From a virus (lineage: Duplodnaviria > Caudoviricetes), in the IMG/VR virus record IMGVR_UViG_3300041809_000086, positions 1 through 53,923 of that record: a stretch of 53,923 bases of DNA; one strand, 5' to 3'. The notes below the pieces were generated by a model. It did no database searches. It was not told where the DNA came from and was given only the letters and a program-made list of their open reading frames with translations. Below are positions 1 to 9,051 of the stretch, piece by piece (within the stretch, counting starts at the first letter, position 1; each line of letters opens with the position of its first letter). The translations under genes were made by a program, and so were the position numbers.

Positions 1-782
1 ACGACAGCGCGGGGACCGGCACCGCGACATATGCGCGGGCGATCGGATGCTCGGCGCAATCAGCGTACGGCATCGCGAACATGACGAACCCGTTCCCGTC
101 AAATGCGCAGTTGGCGGGCGGCGTGTATTGGCCGCGCTTCCCATATTCGAGCGCGACCAGCCCGTCGCGTTGGGCTGTCATCGCCACGAACAAGACGTTC
201 TATATGTGGAACGAAGGCGACGGCACGAACAACGGAAGCCAGGGATACCAGCAAGTCTTCTGGTTCGGCGATATGGATTCGTTCGTGTCGGCTGACGCAC
301 ACTTCACGCAGATCATGGGCAACACGTCGGCCGCGCAGCGCACCGTGATCTACACGGCGATGGGATCGAACACTGTCGGGGTATTTGCCGAAGCGGCATA
401 CGATGGAAGCCATTTGCAGATTCAACAAGGTATCTTGTCGGACTATATCAAGAACGGGTCGCAAGCGAACATGGGCGGCGTGACCAGTTGGGCCACTTCG
501 ATCGTATATCCGAACCCGGAAGACGGGGCCGCATACTTGTCGATGATCTACACGCAAGAAAGCGTAACCGGCGGCAATAGTGTTCGCGGCGTATGTCCCG
601 GCATTTGGAATCCCGATTTCTATTCGGGCACATTGGTAACGCCGACATTCAAGTCATTCGACAGCATTCCCGGCATGTCGGCCGATGCTCTACACGGAAA
701 GACGTTTCACTATTTCATCTTAGCCAACGCTGGCACAATCGAAGGCGGGATCGTCTTCGAGACCTCGAACACTTGGGCCTAA
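1..782 (+). CDS. Virion/tail structural protein, paralog 1 (5' truncated by the window edge)
   Basis: The frame of ORF 81..782 is open back to position 3 (DSAGTGTATYAR), which aligns with paralog 2 (DDSAGTGTGTYAR). It shares GG.YWPR, YPNPEDG, PGIW and the C-terminal FETSNTW with the next two genes. Confidence 0.75.
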   Translation, partial: DSAGTGTATYARAIGCSAQSAYGIANMTNPFPSNAQLAGGVYWPRFPYSSATSPSRWAVIATNKTFYMWNEGDGTNNGSQGYQQVFWFGDMDSFVSADAHFTQIMGNTSAAQRTVIYTAMGSNTVGVFAEAAYDGSHLQIQQGILSDYIKNGSQANMGGVTSWATSIVYPNPEDGAAYLSMIYTQESVTGGNSVRGVCPGIWNPDFYSGTLVTPTFKSFDSIPGMSADALHGKTFHYFILANAGTIEGGIVFETSNTWA

Positions 783-783
783 C

Positions 784-1755
784 ATGACCGTCACTTTCTA
801 CACTTCGGCCGATACCAGCGCGCCGACACTGAACGACGCCCAAGGAGCGCTTGCGGCGGTCTTGCTCGCCATTCTGGTCAACGGCTACGGCACGCAACCG
901 GCGGCCGGATGGACAAATCCCCAATCGGGCACCACGGGGCAACGTGTATTCCAACAAGGTGCGGGTAATTCCAATTTCCTGAATGTGGATGACAGCGCGG
1001 GGACCGGCACCGGAACCTATGCGCGTGTCAGCGGATATACATCGATGACCGCATTCGGCGTTGGCGCGGGGCAGTTCCCGAACAATATTCAACAATCGGG
1101 CGGACTTTATTGGCCGCGCTTTCAATATTCATCGGCGACAAGCCCATCGCGTTGGGCGTGCATTGCCACAAATAAGACTTTCTATTTCTGGAACGAAGGC
1201 GACGGCACGGCCAATGGGTCGCACAATGTCCAGCAACTTTTCTTTTTCGGGGACATGAATGCATACGGGGCGCATGATACTTCTTGCACCGTCATCGGCG
1301 GCGCGACCAGTGGCGCAGATAGTAGTTCATGGACATATACGGGCGTCAGTGCCGTTACTGGTACGCTAATTATCTATGCGGCCGCGAACGCATTCGGGCA
1401 ATCCGGAGCGGTAGTGCAAGGCTTTCATTCTGACTATTGGTTGAACGGCGCGTCAAACATCATGGGAAACGGCGGCGTCGCATATCCGAATCCCGAAGAC
1501 ACCGGCCTCTACGTCAAGCCGATATGGTTGACCGAGCCAATTGGCGCGAATAATACCCTTCGCGCATTGATGCCCGGCATTTGGAACTGTTGCCACGCGC
1601 CGAGTAACTTTGCAAACACTTCGATCACGACAAGTCAATTTAGCGGGAACAGCGGCGATCAGGTTGGAAGTAGTCGCACATTCACGGTATTGAAACTCGG
1701 CAATACTGGCGCGACCGGAAGCGTCGTATTCGAAACATCGAACACTTGGAGCTAA
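784..1755 (+). CDS. Virion/tail structural protein (tail-fibre-like), paralog 2
   Basis: N-terminal APTL...LVNGYG..PAAGW motif typical of proteobacterial phage tail proteins. G/S/T-rich, ends FETSNTWS. Confidence 0.75.
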   Translation: MTVTFYTSADTSAPTLNDAQGALAAVLLAILVNGYGTQPAAGWTNPQSGTTGQRVFQQGAGNSNFLNVDDSAGTGTGTYARVSGYTSMTAFGVGAGQFPNNIQQSGGLYWPRFQYSSATSPSRWACIATNKTFYFWNEGDGTANGSHNVQQLFFFGDMNAYGAHDTSCTVIGGATSGADSSSWTYTGVSAVTGTLIIYAAANAFGQSGAVVQGFHSDYWLNGASNIMGNGGVAYPNPEDTGLYVKPIWLTEPIGANNTLRALMPGIWNCCHAPSNFANTSITTSQFSGNSGDQVGSSRTFTVLKLGNTGATGSVVFETSNTWS

Positions 1756-1759
1756 GAAC

Positions 1760-2761
1760 ATGACAGTTGTCGCCTACTTCTCAACTGACGCGCACGCGCC
1801 TTCGGTTGGCATCGCCGCGCAAGCGTTCTGGACTACCATTCTAACGGCGTGCCTTGTCAATGGTTACACCGGGAAGGCGGCGGCCGGATGGTCGTCGGCC
1901 TACACCGGATCAACGGGCCAAGTCGCGTATCAACAAGGCGCAGGGTCGAACGGCTTTTATCTAAATGTCGATGACAGCGCAGCGAGCGCGAACGGGTCCA
2001 ATGCTCGCGTGACAATGTTCGAAACGATGTCGGCATTCGGAACCGGCACAAATCAGACGCCATCGTCTGCGCAAGTCTCGGGCGGTCTTTACTGGCCGCG
2101 CGGTAATAATGGCACCGACACGACGGCGGGTCGATGGTGCGTTATCGCCGACGCAAAACGCTTCTATATGTGGCATGAAGGGTCAAGCACGTCGGGACAA
2201 TTGGGATATGGCGTCGCGGTCGGATTCGGCGATATCGACTCCTATAGCGCGACCGACAATTACAACACGGTCATCAGCGGCTATGTGGCAACCGGCCCGA
2301 GCGGCAACGGCGGACTGGCGATTGGAAGCAATACGCTAATCACGAATGCCGCCGGTCTTTACATCATGCGCCGGTATGACCAATTGAGCACCGGCCAGCA
2401 AGTCGGCAAACACTGGGATTTCGTTAAGGCCGACAACAATATCATGGGAAACGCTTCCGTATCCCAGTGTTTGCCGTTCCCGAATCCTACCGACGGGGGG
2501 CTGTATCTGTCACCAGTATGGTGCCATGAAAATATCATCGGCGCCGACGCCTATGGCGTTTTGCGTGGTACGTTCCCCGGCATTTGGGCATGTTGCAACT
2601 ATTTGGCCCCTTCGTCATCGAGTCCGAACAACGTGCAGGCGTTCGACACCTTTACCAGCAGCGTCGGCTTGACGAACGGCAAGACGTTCTATTTCTTCAA
2701 TGTGCAACCGAACGGGAACAATGGATGGATATGTTTCGAGACGTCGAACACTTGGAGCTAA
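1760..2761 (+). CDS. Virion/tail structural protein, paralog 3
   Basis: CLVNGYTGKAAAGW, LNVDDSA, GGLYWPR, FPNPTDGGLY and FETSNTWS motifs shared with paralogs 1 and 2. Confidence 0.75.
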   Translation: MTVVAYFSTDAHAPSVGIAAQAFWTTILTACLVNGYTGKAAAGWSSAYTGSTGQVAYQQGAGSNGFYLNVDDSAASANGSNARVTMFETMSAFGTGTNQTPSSAQVSGGLYWPRGNNGTDTTAGRWCVIADAKRFYMWHEGSSTSGQLGYGVAVGFGDIDSYSATDNYNTVISGYVATGPSGNGGLAIGSNTLITNAAGLYIMRRYDQLSTGQQVGKHWDFVKADNNIMGNASVSQCLPFPNPTDGGLYLSPVWCHENIIGADAYGVLRGTFPGIWACCNYLAPSSSSPNNVQAFDTFTSSVGLTNGKTFYFFNVQPNGNNGWICFETSNTWS

Positions 2762-2764
2762 GTC

Positions 2765-3298
2765 GTGGCGACTACCGTTTTTGTTCGCGATAATCTATGG
2801 AAGCCTGCGCAAGCGAGCACGTCAGGGACAAACGCGGCCGGAACCGCCGGAGCGGCGACATATATCACGGCCGTAGGATGGGGAAGCGTGTCAGCGACGG
2901 CCAATCCAGTCGTCGGCGCGGGCTATGGGGTCGCATATTATCCGCAGTATTCATGGGGATGCGCGGGCAATCAGAGTTATCTAGGCGCGGGCGAATACAT
3001 CGCGATCGGCGGCACGATCAACTATGTGCCACGTGTCGCGCAGATCGGCGCAATCGCCATTTATTCGCTGTCAGGGACCGCCTTCGCGGGCGCGACGCCG
3101 ATCACACATCAGGCCGTCATTGATGTCTACTGGAAACCGACAGGCGCCCTTGTCGCCCAATGCATGACCGACGGCGCTGGCAACTGGACAACCCCTTCGC
3201 GCTTACTGAACTACGCTGGGGCGTACTTCGCGATTTGCCGCGATGATGGCCGCACCACTTACAACGGGGAAGTCCTCGACAACCTGACGGCGGGCTAA
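2765..3298 (+). CDS. Putative tail-associated protein
   Basis: GTG start directly after paralog 3. The C-terminus (TGALVAQCMTDGAGNW...YFAICRD...YNGEVLDNLT) resembles small prealbumin-like tail accessory proteins. Confidence 0.55.
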   Translation: MATTVFVRDNLWKPAQASTSGTNAAGTAGAATYITAVGWGSVSATANPVVGAGYGVAYYPQYSWGCAGNQSYLGAGEYIAIGGTINYVPRVAQIGAIAIYSLSGTAFAGATPITHQAVIDVYWKPTGALVAQCMTDGAGNWTTPSRLLNYAGAYFAICRDDGRTTYNGEVLDNLTAG

Positions 3299-3300
3299 TC

Positions 3301-4032
3301 ATGAGCTATACGCCCCCGGCCCATAATGCCGTCGATTTCGTGCTGTCGCCGGGCTACACCGCGCCGACGCATACGCTTGTCAATTTCGATCTTGGCGAGA
3401 ACATTCCCGCGTCGCTGGTCGAAGGCTTCGACATCGTTGTCGCATCGGCGCATAAGTTCTTAGCGGTCAGCGGCGCGATTAGCGAAAATTCCGACATTGT
3501 CGTCGCTGTTGCGGTTGCGTTCCCGCCGACGATTGCGCACGTTCTGGAATCGTTTGACATTGTCGTCGCTGTTGCGGTTGCGTTCCCGCCGACGATTGCG
3601 CACGTTCTGGAATCGTTTGACACGGTCGTCGCATATGCCGGGGTCGTGTTCCCGGACAATTCCAAGTACGGCCGCGCGGGCGCTGCGCCAAACGGTTCGC
3701 CGATTCCTAAGCCTACTTCCATGCTGATGCGCTCGCGTGATGACGGGCGATTGTCAGAGGCGTGGTGGAAATATATCAACAGTTTCAGCCAACAGCCGCC
3801 GGGCGAAATTCGCGTCACACTGGCAAAATCGCCATATGCATACAAGGCTACTCGCAACGGAACGCTACTGGTCAGCGGCGCGACAGTGTCAGCCATGACT
3901 ATCAATTCCCGCAATTCCGGGGCGGTTCGTCTGCTGGGACTGACGCAAGGAATGATCCCGGTCAGCATCGGGGACGTGGTCACGATCACCTACGCCGGGG
4001 CCGTGCCGCTGGTCGTCTTCTTTCCGCGTTGA
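3301..4032 (+). CDS. Putative tail protein (YTPP N-terminus, internal repeats)
   Basis: YTPP..AVDF and YTAP..VNF motifs, E.FD.VVA repeats, and a C-terminal GRLSEAWWKYI segment. Lies in tail-operon context. Confidence 0.55.
   Translation: MSYTPPAHNAVDFVLSPGYTAPTHTLVNFDLGENIPASLVEGFDIVVASAHKFLAVSGAISENSDIVVAVAVAFPPTIAHVLESFDIVVAVAVAFPPTIAHVLESFDTVVAYAGVVFPDNSKYGRAGAAPNGSPIPKPTSMLMRSRDDGRLSEAWWKYINSFSQQPPGEIRVTLAKSPYAYKATRNGTLLVSGATVSAMTINSRNSGAVRLLGLTQGMIPVSIGDVVTITYAGAVPLVVFFPR
3493..3622 (+). repeat. 63-bp perfect tandem duplication (2 copies, in frame)
   Basis: gacattgtcgtcgct...ctggaatcgttt starts at 3493 and again at 3556, encoding DIVVAVAVAFPPTIAHVLESF twice. Confidence 0.95.
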
Positions 4033-4100
4033 CCGTTCGTCTGCCAAAACCGACCGTTCGTCGGCGGGCGCTTGTGTCGGGTCAGAACGTGCCGATAATA
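4031..4100 (+). promoter_or_regulatory. Putative promoter with a tandem GACCGTTCGTC motif upstream
   Basis: gaccgttcgtc at 4031 and 4052 (21-bp spacing), followed by ttgtgt...gataat and then an ORF at 4131. Confidence 0.45.
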
Positions 4101-4130
4101 CATACATCACCAACGCAAACGGAAACGAAA

Positions 4131-4340
4131 ATGATTTCGTTACTAATTCTAGCCTGCTACATGGCCTTCTGCATCGCGATTCTGAAGCGCCATCGAGCGG
4201 AAAAGCGCGCCGGAAAGAACGGATACGGATTGCTGCTTCTGATGTTGTTCGTATGCCCGGTCATTCTGTCGCTGATCGCGATCGCATTCGCCCCATCGGC
4301 CGCGACAAAATCACGTAAGGACTTAGGATATTCGTCATGA
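4131..4340 (+). CDS. Small two-TM membrane protein
   Basis: MISLLILACYMAFCIAIL...GLLLLMLFVCPVILSLIAIAF; ATG at 4131. Confidence 0.6.
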   Translation: MISLLILACYMAFCIAILKRHRAEKRAGKNGYGLLLLMLFVCPVILSLIAIAFAPSAATKSRKDLGYSS

Positions 4341-4363
4341 ACACCGACCTCGACATCTTCGCG
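4282..4363 (+). repeat. 82-bp direct repeat, copy 1
   Basis: tcgcattcgccccatcggccgcg...catgaacaccgacctcgacatcttcgcg, identical to 5052..5133. Confidence 0.95.
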
Positions 4364-4588
4364 CAGCACCCGGCCGCCTACTACGAGAGCGGCTCCAAGA
4401 TGTTCATCGGCACGCACCCGAGCACCGGGCGCGTCGCCTCGTACTTCGCTGCTGGTCTAGTTGCCCAGGTCGTCATCACCGACCTCCTGCCGCACCCGTG
4501 GCGCAACGCATGGCAAGCGATGGGCATCGCCCTGGAGGCCGACTGCGTAGGACACAACGCAAGCCTGGGCGTCAAGTTCTCGTTCTGA
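4337..4588 (+). CDS. Hypothetical protein (starts MNTDLDIFA)
   Basis: ORF overlapping the upstream stop (ATGA), with an agga RBS inside the repeat. Confidence 0.6.
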   Translation: MNTDLDIFAQHPAAYYESGSKMFIGTHPSTGRVASYFAAGLVAQVVITDLLPHPWRNAWQAMGIALEADCVGHNASLGVKFSF

Positions 4589-4614
4589 TCCAGTCAACCA
4601 CAAGGAGATACACC

Positions 4615-4809
4615 ATGGTCAAGACCAAGGGAGCAATGCCAGCCGCTGTGCGCCGCACACCAGACGGCGGGTACCTGCAGTTGTTCGTCGACTTCGAGGC
4701 GCTGCTCGACGACCTGGGCGCCAAGGCCCGCAAGTCCAAGCGCCATCGCGCGGTCGTGCGCTTCGGCGCCATCGCCTGCAAGTTCATCCAACCCAAGAGG
4801 TTCGCATGA
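4615..4809 (+). CDS. Hypothetical protein
   Basis: Strong RBS aaggag before ATG 4615. Confidence 0.6.
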   Translation: MVKTKGAMPAAVRRTPDGGYLQLFVDFEALLDDLGAKARKSKRHRAVVRFGAIACKFIQPKRFA

Positions 4810-5027
4810 GTCGCGTAAGAGTCTGCACCGACCCAGCGTGGACGCCGACGTCCGAGAACATCAACGGCCTGCCCGAGCCAATCAGAGACTACATACATGC
4901 ACTGGAGACTCGGTGCGATCCATCTGGACTGGTGCTGGAAAACGCGATGGCCCGCGACCTATGTCGCCAACTTGAGGCGACGTTCCTGGCTCTTAAAGCG
5001 CGAATTAAAGAACTGGAGACGACATGA
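4806..5027 (+). CDS. Hypothetical phage protein
   Basis: WTPTSENINGLPEPIRDYIHALETRCDP motif, coiled-coil C-terminus, ATGA overlap. Confidence 0.65.
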   Translation: MSRVRVCTDPAWTPTSENINGLPEPIRDYIHALETRCDPSGLVLENAMARDLCRQLEATFLALKARIKELETT

Positions 5028-5051
5028 GAACCCGCTTCTACGTCCACCACG

Positions 5052-5133
5052 TCGCATTCGCCCCATCGGCCGCGACAAAATCACGTAAGGACTTAGGATA
5101 TTCGTCATGAACACCGACCTCGACATCTTCGCG
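5052..5133 (+). repeat. 82-bp direct repeat, copy 2
   Basis: Identical to 4282..4363. Confidence 0.95.
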
Positions 5134-5280
5134 GCGGCCCTAGCAACGGGGCTTGTGCTGAACGACATCGCCGACGCTGAATTTGAAGCGGCACAAATCG
5201 AGCGCCGCGAGCGCCGCCGCGCCCAACCCTTCGACCCGGATCGCGGCACGTCGCCGACCGAGTCTGATGACCTAGTATGA
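5107..5280 (+). CDS. Hypothetical 57-aa protein (also starts MNTDLDIFA)
   Basis: Translated by hand: MNTDLDIFAAALATGLVLNDIADAEF...DDLV*. Below the ORF-track size cutoff. Confidence 0.55.
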   Translation: MNTDLDIFAAALATGLVLNDIADAEFEAAQIERRERRRAQPFDPDRGTSPTESDDLV

Positions 5281-5977
5281 CCGCGATCGTTCTGTGCGTC
5301 ACGGTTGCGATTGAAGTCTGTCTGTACGCACGTCACTTGATAAGGAAGCGGAAATGAAACTGCAAGTCACCTTGAACAACAGCGTCGGCCCGGTCGATTC
5401 TCGGATCGTATCGGATTCGTCCGAAGCGGTAGCCGCCGCGATTGATCTGATCGCGAGCGCCCATGTCCTGTATCATGGGGACATGCTGACCGTCCACGAA
5501 ATCGATGAATAATCATGGCCGTGATCCCAAGCAAGTCCGAAGAACGGGCGATCGAGCGCGAACTTGCGCAACTGCGCGGCATGTCGAACGTTACGTTCCT
5601 CGAAGACATCCCGACGGTCACGCGGCAGACGATGGGGAAAATCCATCGCTATGTCGAACCGTCGGATGAATCCTGGCCCCCGAAGAAAGGACGCAAATGA
5701 ACTACCTTGACCCCCGCGCGATCGTAGTCCGGGAAACCGACATGATCGAATTTCGCGCCGTCGCGCAGATATGGCAACTGCGGCGCGAGCGCGATCAGCG
5801 GGAAGCCCTTGGCCGTCTCGCGTTGCGCCCGCGTCCTGCCCAGCCCGCCCTGCGTATCCTATGAATCGCCATCGCAATGGTCCCCTTCGGGGGATCGCTT
5901 ACGGGCTGGCCCTTTCCGTGCCTTTGTGGCTGGTCATCGGCATCCTTTACCGGCTCGCAAGAATCGTGCTAGAATAG
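5277..5977 (+). CDS. Chain of tiny ORFs (5277-5357, 5354-5512, 5515-5700, 5697-5864, 5861-5977)
   Basis: Mostly joined by ATGA start/stop overlaps; the last ORF has one TM segment. Confidence 0.5.
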
Positions 5978-6008
5978 CCCTACCCGGCGGCCAAGGAAGC
6001 CGCCGGGG
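5967..6008 (+). promoter_or_regulatory. Extended -10 promoter plus leader hairpin
   Basis: TGcTAGAAT at 5967-5975, then cccggcggc-caaggaa-gccgccggg. Confidence 0.5.
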
Positions 6009-6066
6009 TCAAACCCGCCTTTGCCGCTCGGCGCTAGATCGGCCCGATTCCCTACAGGGAACGCCG

Positions 6067-6513
6067 ATGGCCGCCGATGTCGTAATCCCAATGTCCGATA
6101 AGGTCAACACGCTAAAAAGCGTCATGTTGACGATGCCCCAATGGGCGCCTAGCGATGACGACTGCCGTCATTTCTTCGGCGGAGGAATCTATGCGCGATG
6201 GCTCGCGCGCCCGGCCGGGACCGTCATCGTCGGCAAGGTTCACAAGAAAGCACACCTTTACTTCGTCGTGTCCGGGACGATCGTCGTCACGACAGACGAA
6301 GGCGTCCGGGAAATCACCGGCCCCGAAATCATTTCCTGCAAGCCCGGGACGCAACGCGCCGTCGTGGCTAAGACTGACGCCATCTGCGTCGTGTTCGTCC
6401 GCGTCGAAACCGAGTCGCGGGACTTGGCCGATGTCGAAGACGAAATCGTCGAACCGATGCCCGAATCCCCCTATCTGCCGGGCAACCGGCTTCCGGAGTT
6501 GACATGTCAATAA
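6067..6513 (+). CDS. Cupin-like phage protein upstream of the ejection genes
   Basis: HFFGGGIYAR..RPAGTVIVGKVHKKAHLYFVVSG..GTQRA cupin-like pattern; ATG 6067 after aggga. Confidence 0.65.
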   Translation: MAADVVIPMSDKVNTLKSVMLTMPQWAPSDDDCRHFFGGGIYARWLARPAGTVIVGKVHKKAHLYFVVSGTIVVTTDEGVREITGPEIISCKPGTQRAVVAKTDAICVVFVRVETESRDLADVEDEIVEPMPESPYLPGNRLPELTCQ

Positions 6514-7310
6514 TTGGAACAGCCGTCGCGGGCGCAGCCGCGTCGCAACTCGTCGGCGGGCTTGTCGGGGGCGCAGTAGGTGTAACCGGATCGGCGGCGG
6601 CGGGCGCGGCATCGGCACAATCCAACGCGCAAGCGCTGCAGAATACGCAACAGATCGCCCAACTTACGAACAACAATTTGCAGCCGTATCAAACGTTGGG
6701 CGGCCAAGCGGCGACCACGCTCGGCAGTATGTTGAACACGAACGCAACCGGCCCCAATGGTCCCGGTCTTCTTTCGACGTTTAACAATGCCGACTTGAAT
6801 GCGAATCTTGCGCCGAACTACAATTTTGCACTCGCGCAGGGCTTGGGCGCGCAAACGAATCTCGGCGCGTCGGGTCAAGTCGCGCCGGGCGGAAATACTG
6901 AAACTGCGTTGACCGCATACGGCACGAACTACGCGCAGAACGCATATCAGCAAGCCTTCAACAATTTCCAGACTTCGCAGAATAATATTTACAACCGGCT
7001 ATCGAACACGGCCAATGCAGGCGCGAACGCTTCGACCGTTGGTGCAACAGGGGCAACGCAGTTCGGCGGATTGGAAGGCCAATACATCACCGGCCAAGGC
7101 AACGCGATCGCGCAAGGCATAACCGGCGCGACGAATGCCGTGACGGGCGGCATCAATCAAGTCGCGGGTGCGAACACGATTTCGTCGCTTGCGCAGGGTA
7201 TCGGCGGCACGAATACGGGCAACTATGTTCCGGGCACTGGTGGCGGCCTGTTTGGCGGTTCCGGCACCACCTACGCCAATGCCGCAGGGCAGGGCATTAT
7301 CCCGATGTAA
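6504..7310 (+). CDS. DNA ejection/pilot protein (P22 gp7-like)
   Basis: G/A-rich hydrophobic N-terminus, LQPY..G..A, PNYNF...QG and Q/N-rich helices. First of three ejection-type genes. Confidence 0.7.
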   Translation: MSIIGTAVAGAAASQLVGGLVGGAVGVTGSAAAGAASAQSNAQALQNTQQIAQLTNNNLQPYQTLGGQAATTLGSMLNTNATGPNGPGLLSTFNNADLNANLAPNYNFALAQGLGAQTNLGASGQVAPGGNTETALTAYGTNYAQNAYQQAFNNFQTSQNNIYNRLSNTANAGANASTVGATGATQFGGLEGQYITGQGNAIAQGITGATNAVTGGINQVAGANTISSLAQGIGGTNTGNYVPGTGGGLFGGSGTTYANAAGQGIIPM

Positions 7311-7320
7311 GGATGACACC

Positions 7321-9051
7321 ATGACACAATACGCCGTACCTTTCAGCGGTTCGGAAATCAATCCGCCGAACATGAACGCAGGCATTCAAACGATTGGCAG
7401 CATGGTCAATACCATCAGCGGCCTACAGGGCATCGCCCAAGCGGCGCAGTTGAATCCGATCGCCGTTCAAGAAGCGAATTTGAAGCTGACACAAGAACAG
7501 GCACAGACGCAAAGTATTCAGCAAATCAACGAAGAACGCAAGACTTGGAACACTGACCTATCGCGTCAGATGCAGATCAACGCTGACGGGACGGCGAACA
7601 TGGGGTTCAATACAAACGATCTTTACAAGAAAGGCGATCCCATTCTCGGCGCAGACGGGAAGCCTGTCACGACCGGTGACGGTCAGTCCATTCTTGCGGG
7701 CGATGCTCAGGTCGGTATGCCAAAGGGCGGCGCGACGACATTCGCCGCGAAGGTCATGCAGAAAATGCCGCAGACGGGTCAAGACTACTTGCAAAAGTTG
7801 CAGGCTACGAATACCGCAACGGCTGGCGCAAATAAATCGTTGCTCGATTTGAACACTGATGAACAGCAAGTCTTTGCCAATGCCGTTATCGCCGCGAATC
7901 AAAATAACACGACCCCGGCCGCTGTTCATCAGATCCTTGAAGACGCCGTCAGTTCTCAACCCCCGGCGACACAAGAAGCAATGCGCAAGGCGCAAGTACA
8001 AGTTGAACATATGGTCGGCCAAGCGTACAAAGATACAAACACGCCCGAGCAAAACGACGCAGGCGTGTCGGCAGTATTGACCGCCCAAGCGACGCGCATG
8101 AATTCTTTGAAGACTGTTCGGGAACAACAGAACGTGCAAACAGGAAATCTTGTCACGCAAAGCCCATCGGCGCAAATCCAAACGTCGGGCAGCGCTTTGA
8201 CGCCGTCGGGCGCGACCGCCGTGGCCGCCGCTGTTCCGCTGACAGGTCGCGCGGAAACATACACCGACCCAGCCGGGGGAATGTGGTCGGTCAATGTTGA
8301 CAAGAACACTGGACAGCGTTCATATAGCCCCATGAATGCGACCGCGCAGGCTTCAAAGGGACCGGCGTCGGCCCCTGCCGCACCGGCCACAAAGGCGTCG
8401 GCCCCTGCCGCTGCTGCCCCTGCCGCACCAGCCACAAAGGCGGCGGCGCAGGCGCAAGTCAATCAGGCCACGGCTGCGCAAGAAGACTGGAAACAAACAG
8501 CCGCCGACAGCGCTACGGCCGCGCAGAACATCGGCGTCTTGCAGGAAATCAAGCGACTTGCCCCGAACGCCATTACCGGCGTCGGAAGCGATCGTCAAGC
8601 GATGCTGGCCGGTCTTGCGGGCAAGTTGGGAATGACGGTCGAAGAAATGCAGAAAACGAGTACGGACCTTCTTGCCAAAAATGCGAACATGCTGGCGCTG
8701 GCGGGCGGCAACACCGACAGCGCTCGCGCCTTGGCCGAAGTGGCGAACCCCAATCTACATATGACGCCCGAAGCGATTCAACACGCGACGAACCAGATCA
8801 TCGCGCAACAGCAAGTCAAGTTGATGAAGCAGAAATTCTTGCAACCCGTCCAGACTGACCCCGGCGCGTATTCGGCCCGGCTGACGCAATGGAATTCGCT
8901 GGCCGATCCGCGACTCGTTCAATGGAAGGGGATGTCCCCGGCCGAACGCTCGGCGGTATTGGCCCCGATGTCCGCGCAACAGCAGGCCAAATTCCGCAAG
9001 CAGGGGATCGACTTCGAAAAGCTGCGGGCCGATAATGGACTGGATGTGTAA
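7321..9051 (+). CDS. Internal virion / DNA ejection protein
   Basis: Q/A-rich helical protein between the pilot and the large ejection protein; RBS aagga before ATG 7321. Confidence 0.6.
   Translation: MTQYAVPFSGSEINPPNMNAGIQTIGSMVNTISGLQGIAQAAQLNPIAVQEANLKLTQEQAQTQSIQQINEERKTWNTDLSRQMQINADGTANMGFNTNDLYKKGDPILGADGKPVTTGDGQSILAGDAQVGMPKGGATTFAAKVMQKMPQTGQDYLQKLQATNTATAGANKSLLDLNTDEQQVFANAVIAANQNNTTPAAVHQILEDAVSSQPPATQEAMRKAQVQVEHMVGQAYKDTNTPEQNDAGVSAVLTAQATRMNSLKTVREQQNVQTGNLVTQSPSAQIQTSGSALTPSGATAVAAAVPLTGRAETYTDPAGGMWSVNVDKNTGQRSYSPMNATAQASKGPASAPAAPATKASAPAAAAPAAPATKAAAQAQVNQATAAQEDWKQTAADSATAAQNIGVLQEIKRLAPNAITGVGSDRQAMLAGLAGKLGMTVEEMQKTSTDLLAKNANMLALAGGNTDSARALAEVANPNLHMTPEAIQHATNQIIAQQQVKLMKQKFLQPVQTDPGAYSARLTQWNSLADPRLVQWKGMSPAERSAVLAPMSAQQQAKFRKQGIDFEKLRADNGLDV

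Noticed and set aside
1-2761. Diversity-generating retroelement or invertible tail-fibre system
   Set aside because: No reverse transcriptase or invertase, no adenine-specific TR/VR pair seen, and all paralogs are co-oriented.
4282-5133. IS element or transposon with target-site duplication
   Set aside because: No transposase or terminal inverted repeats, and 82 bp is much longer than a typical target-site duplication.
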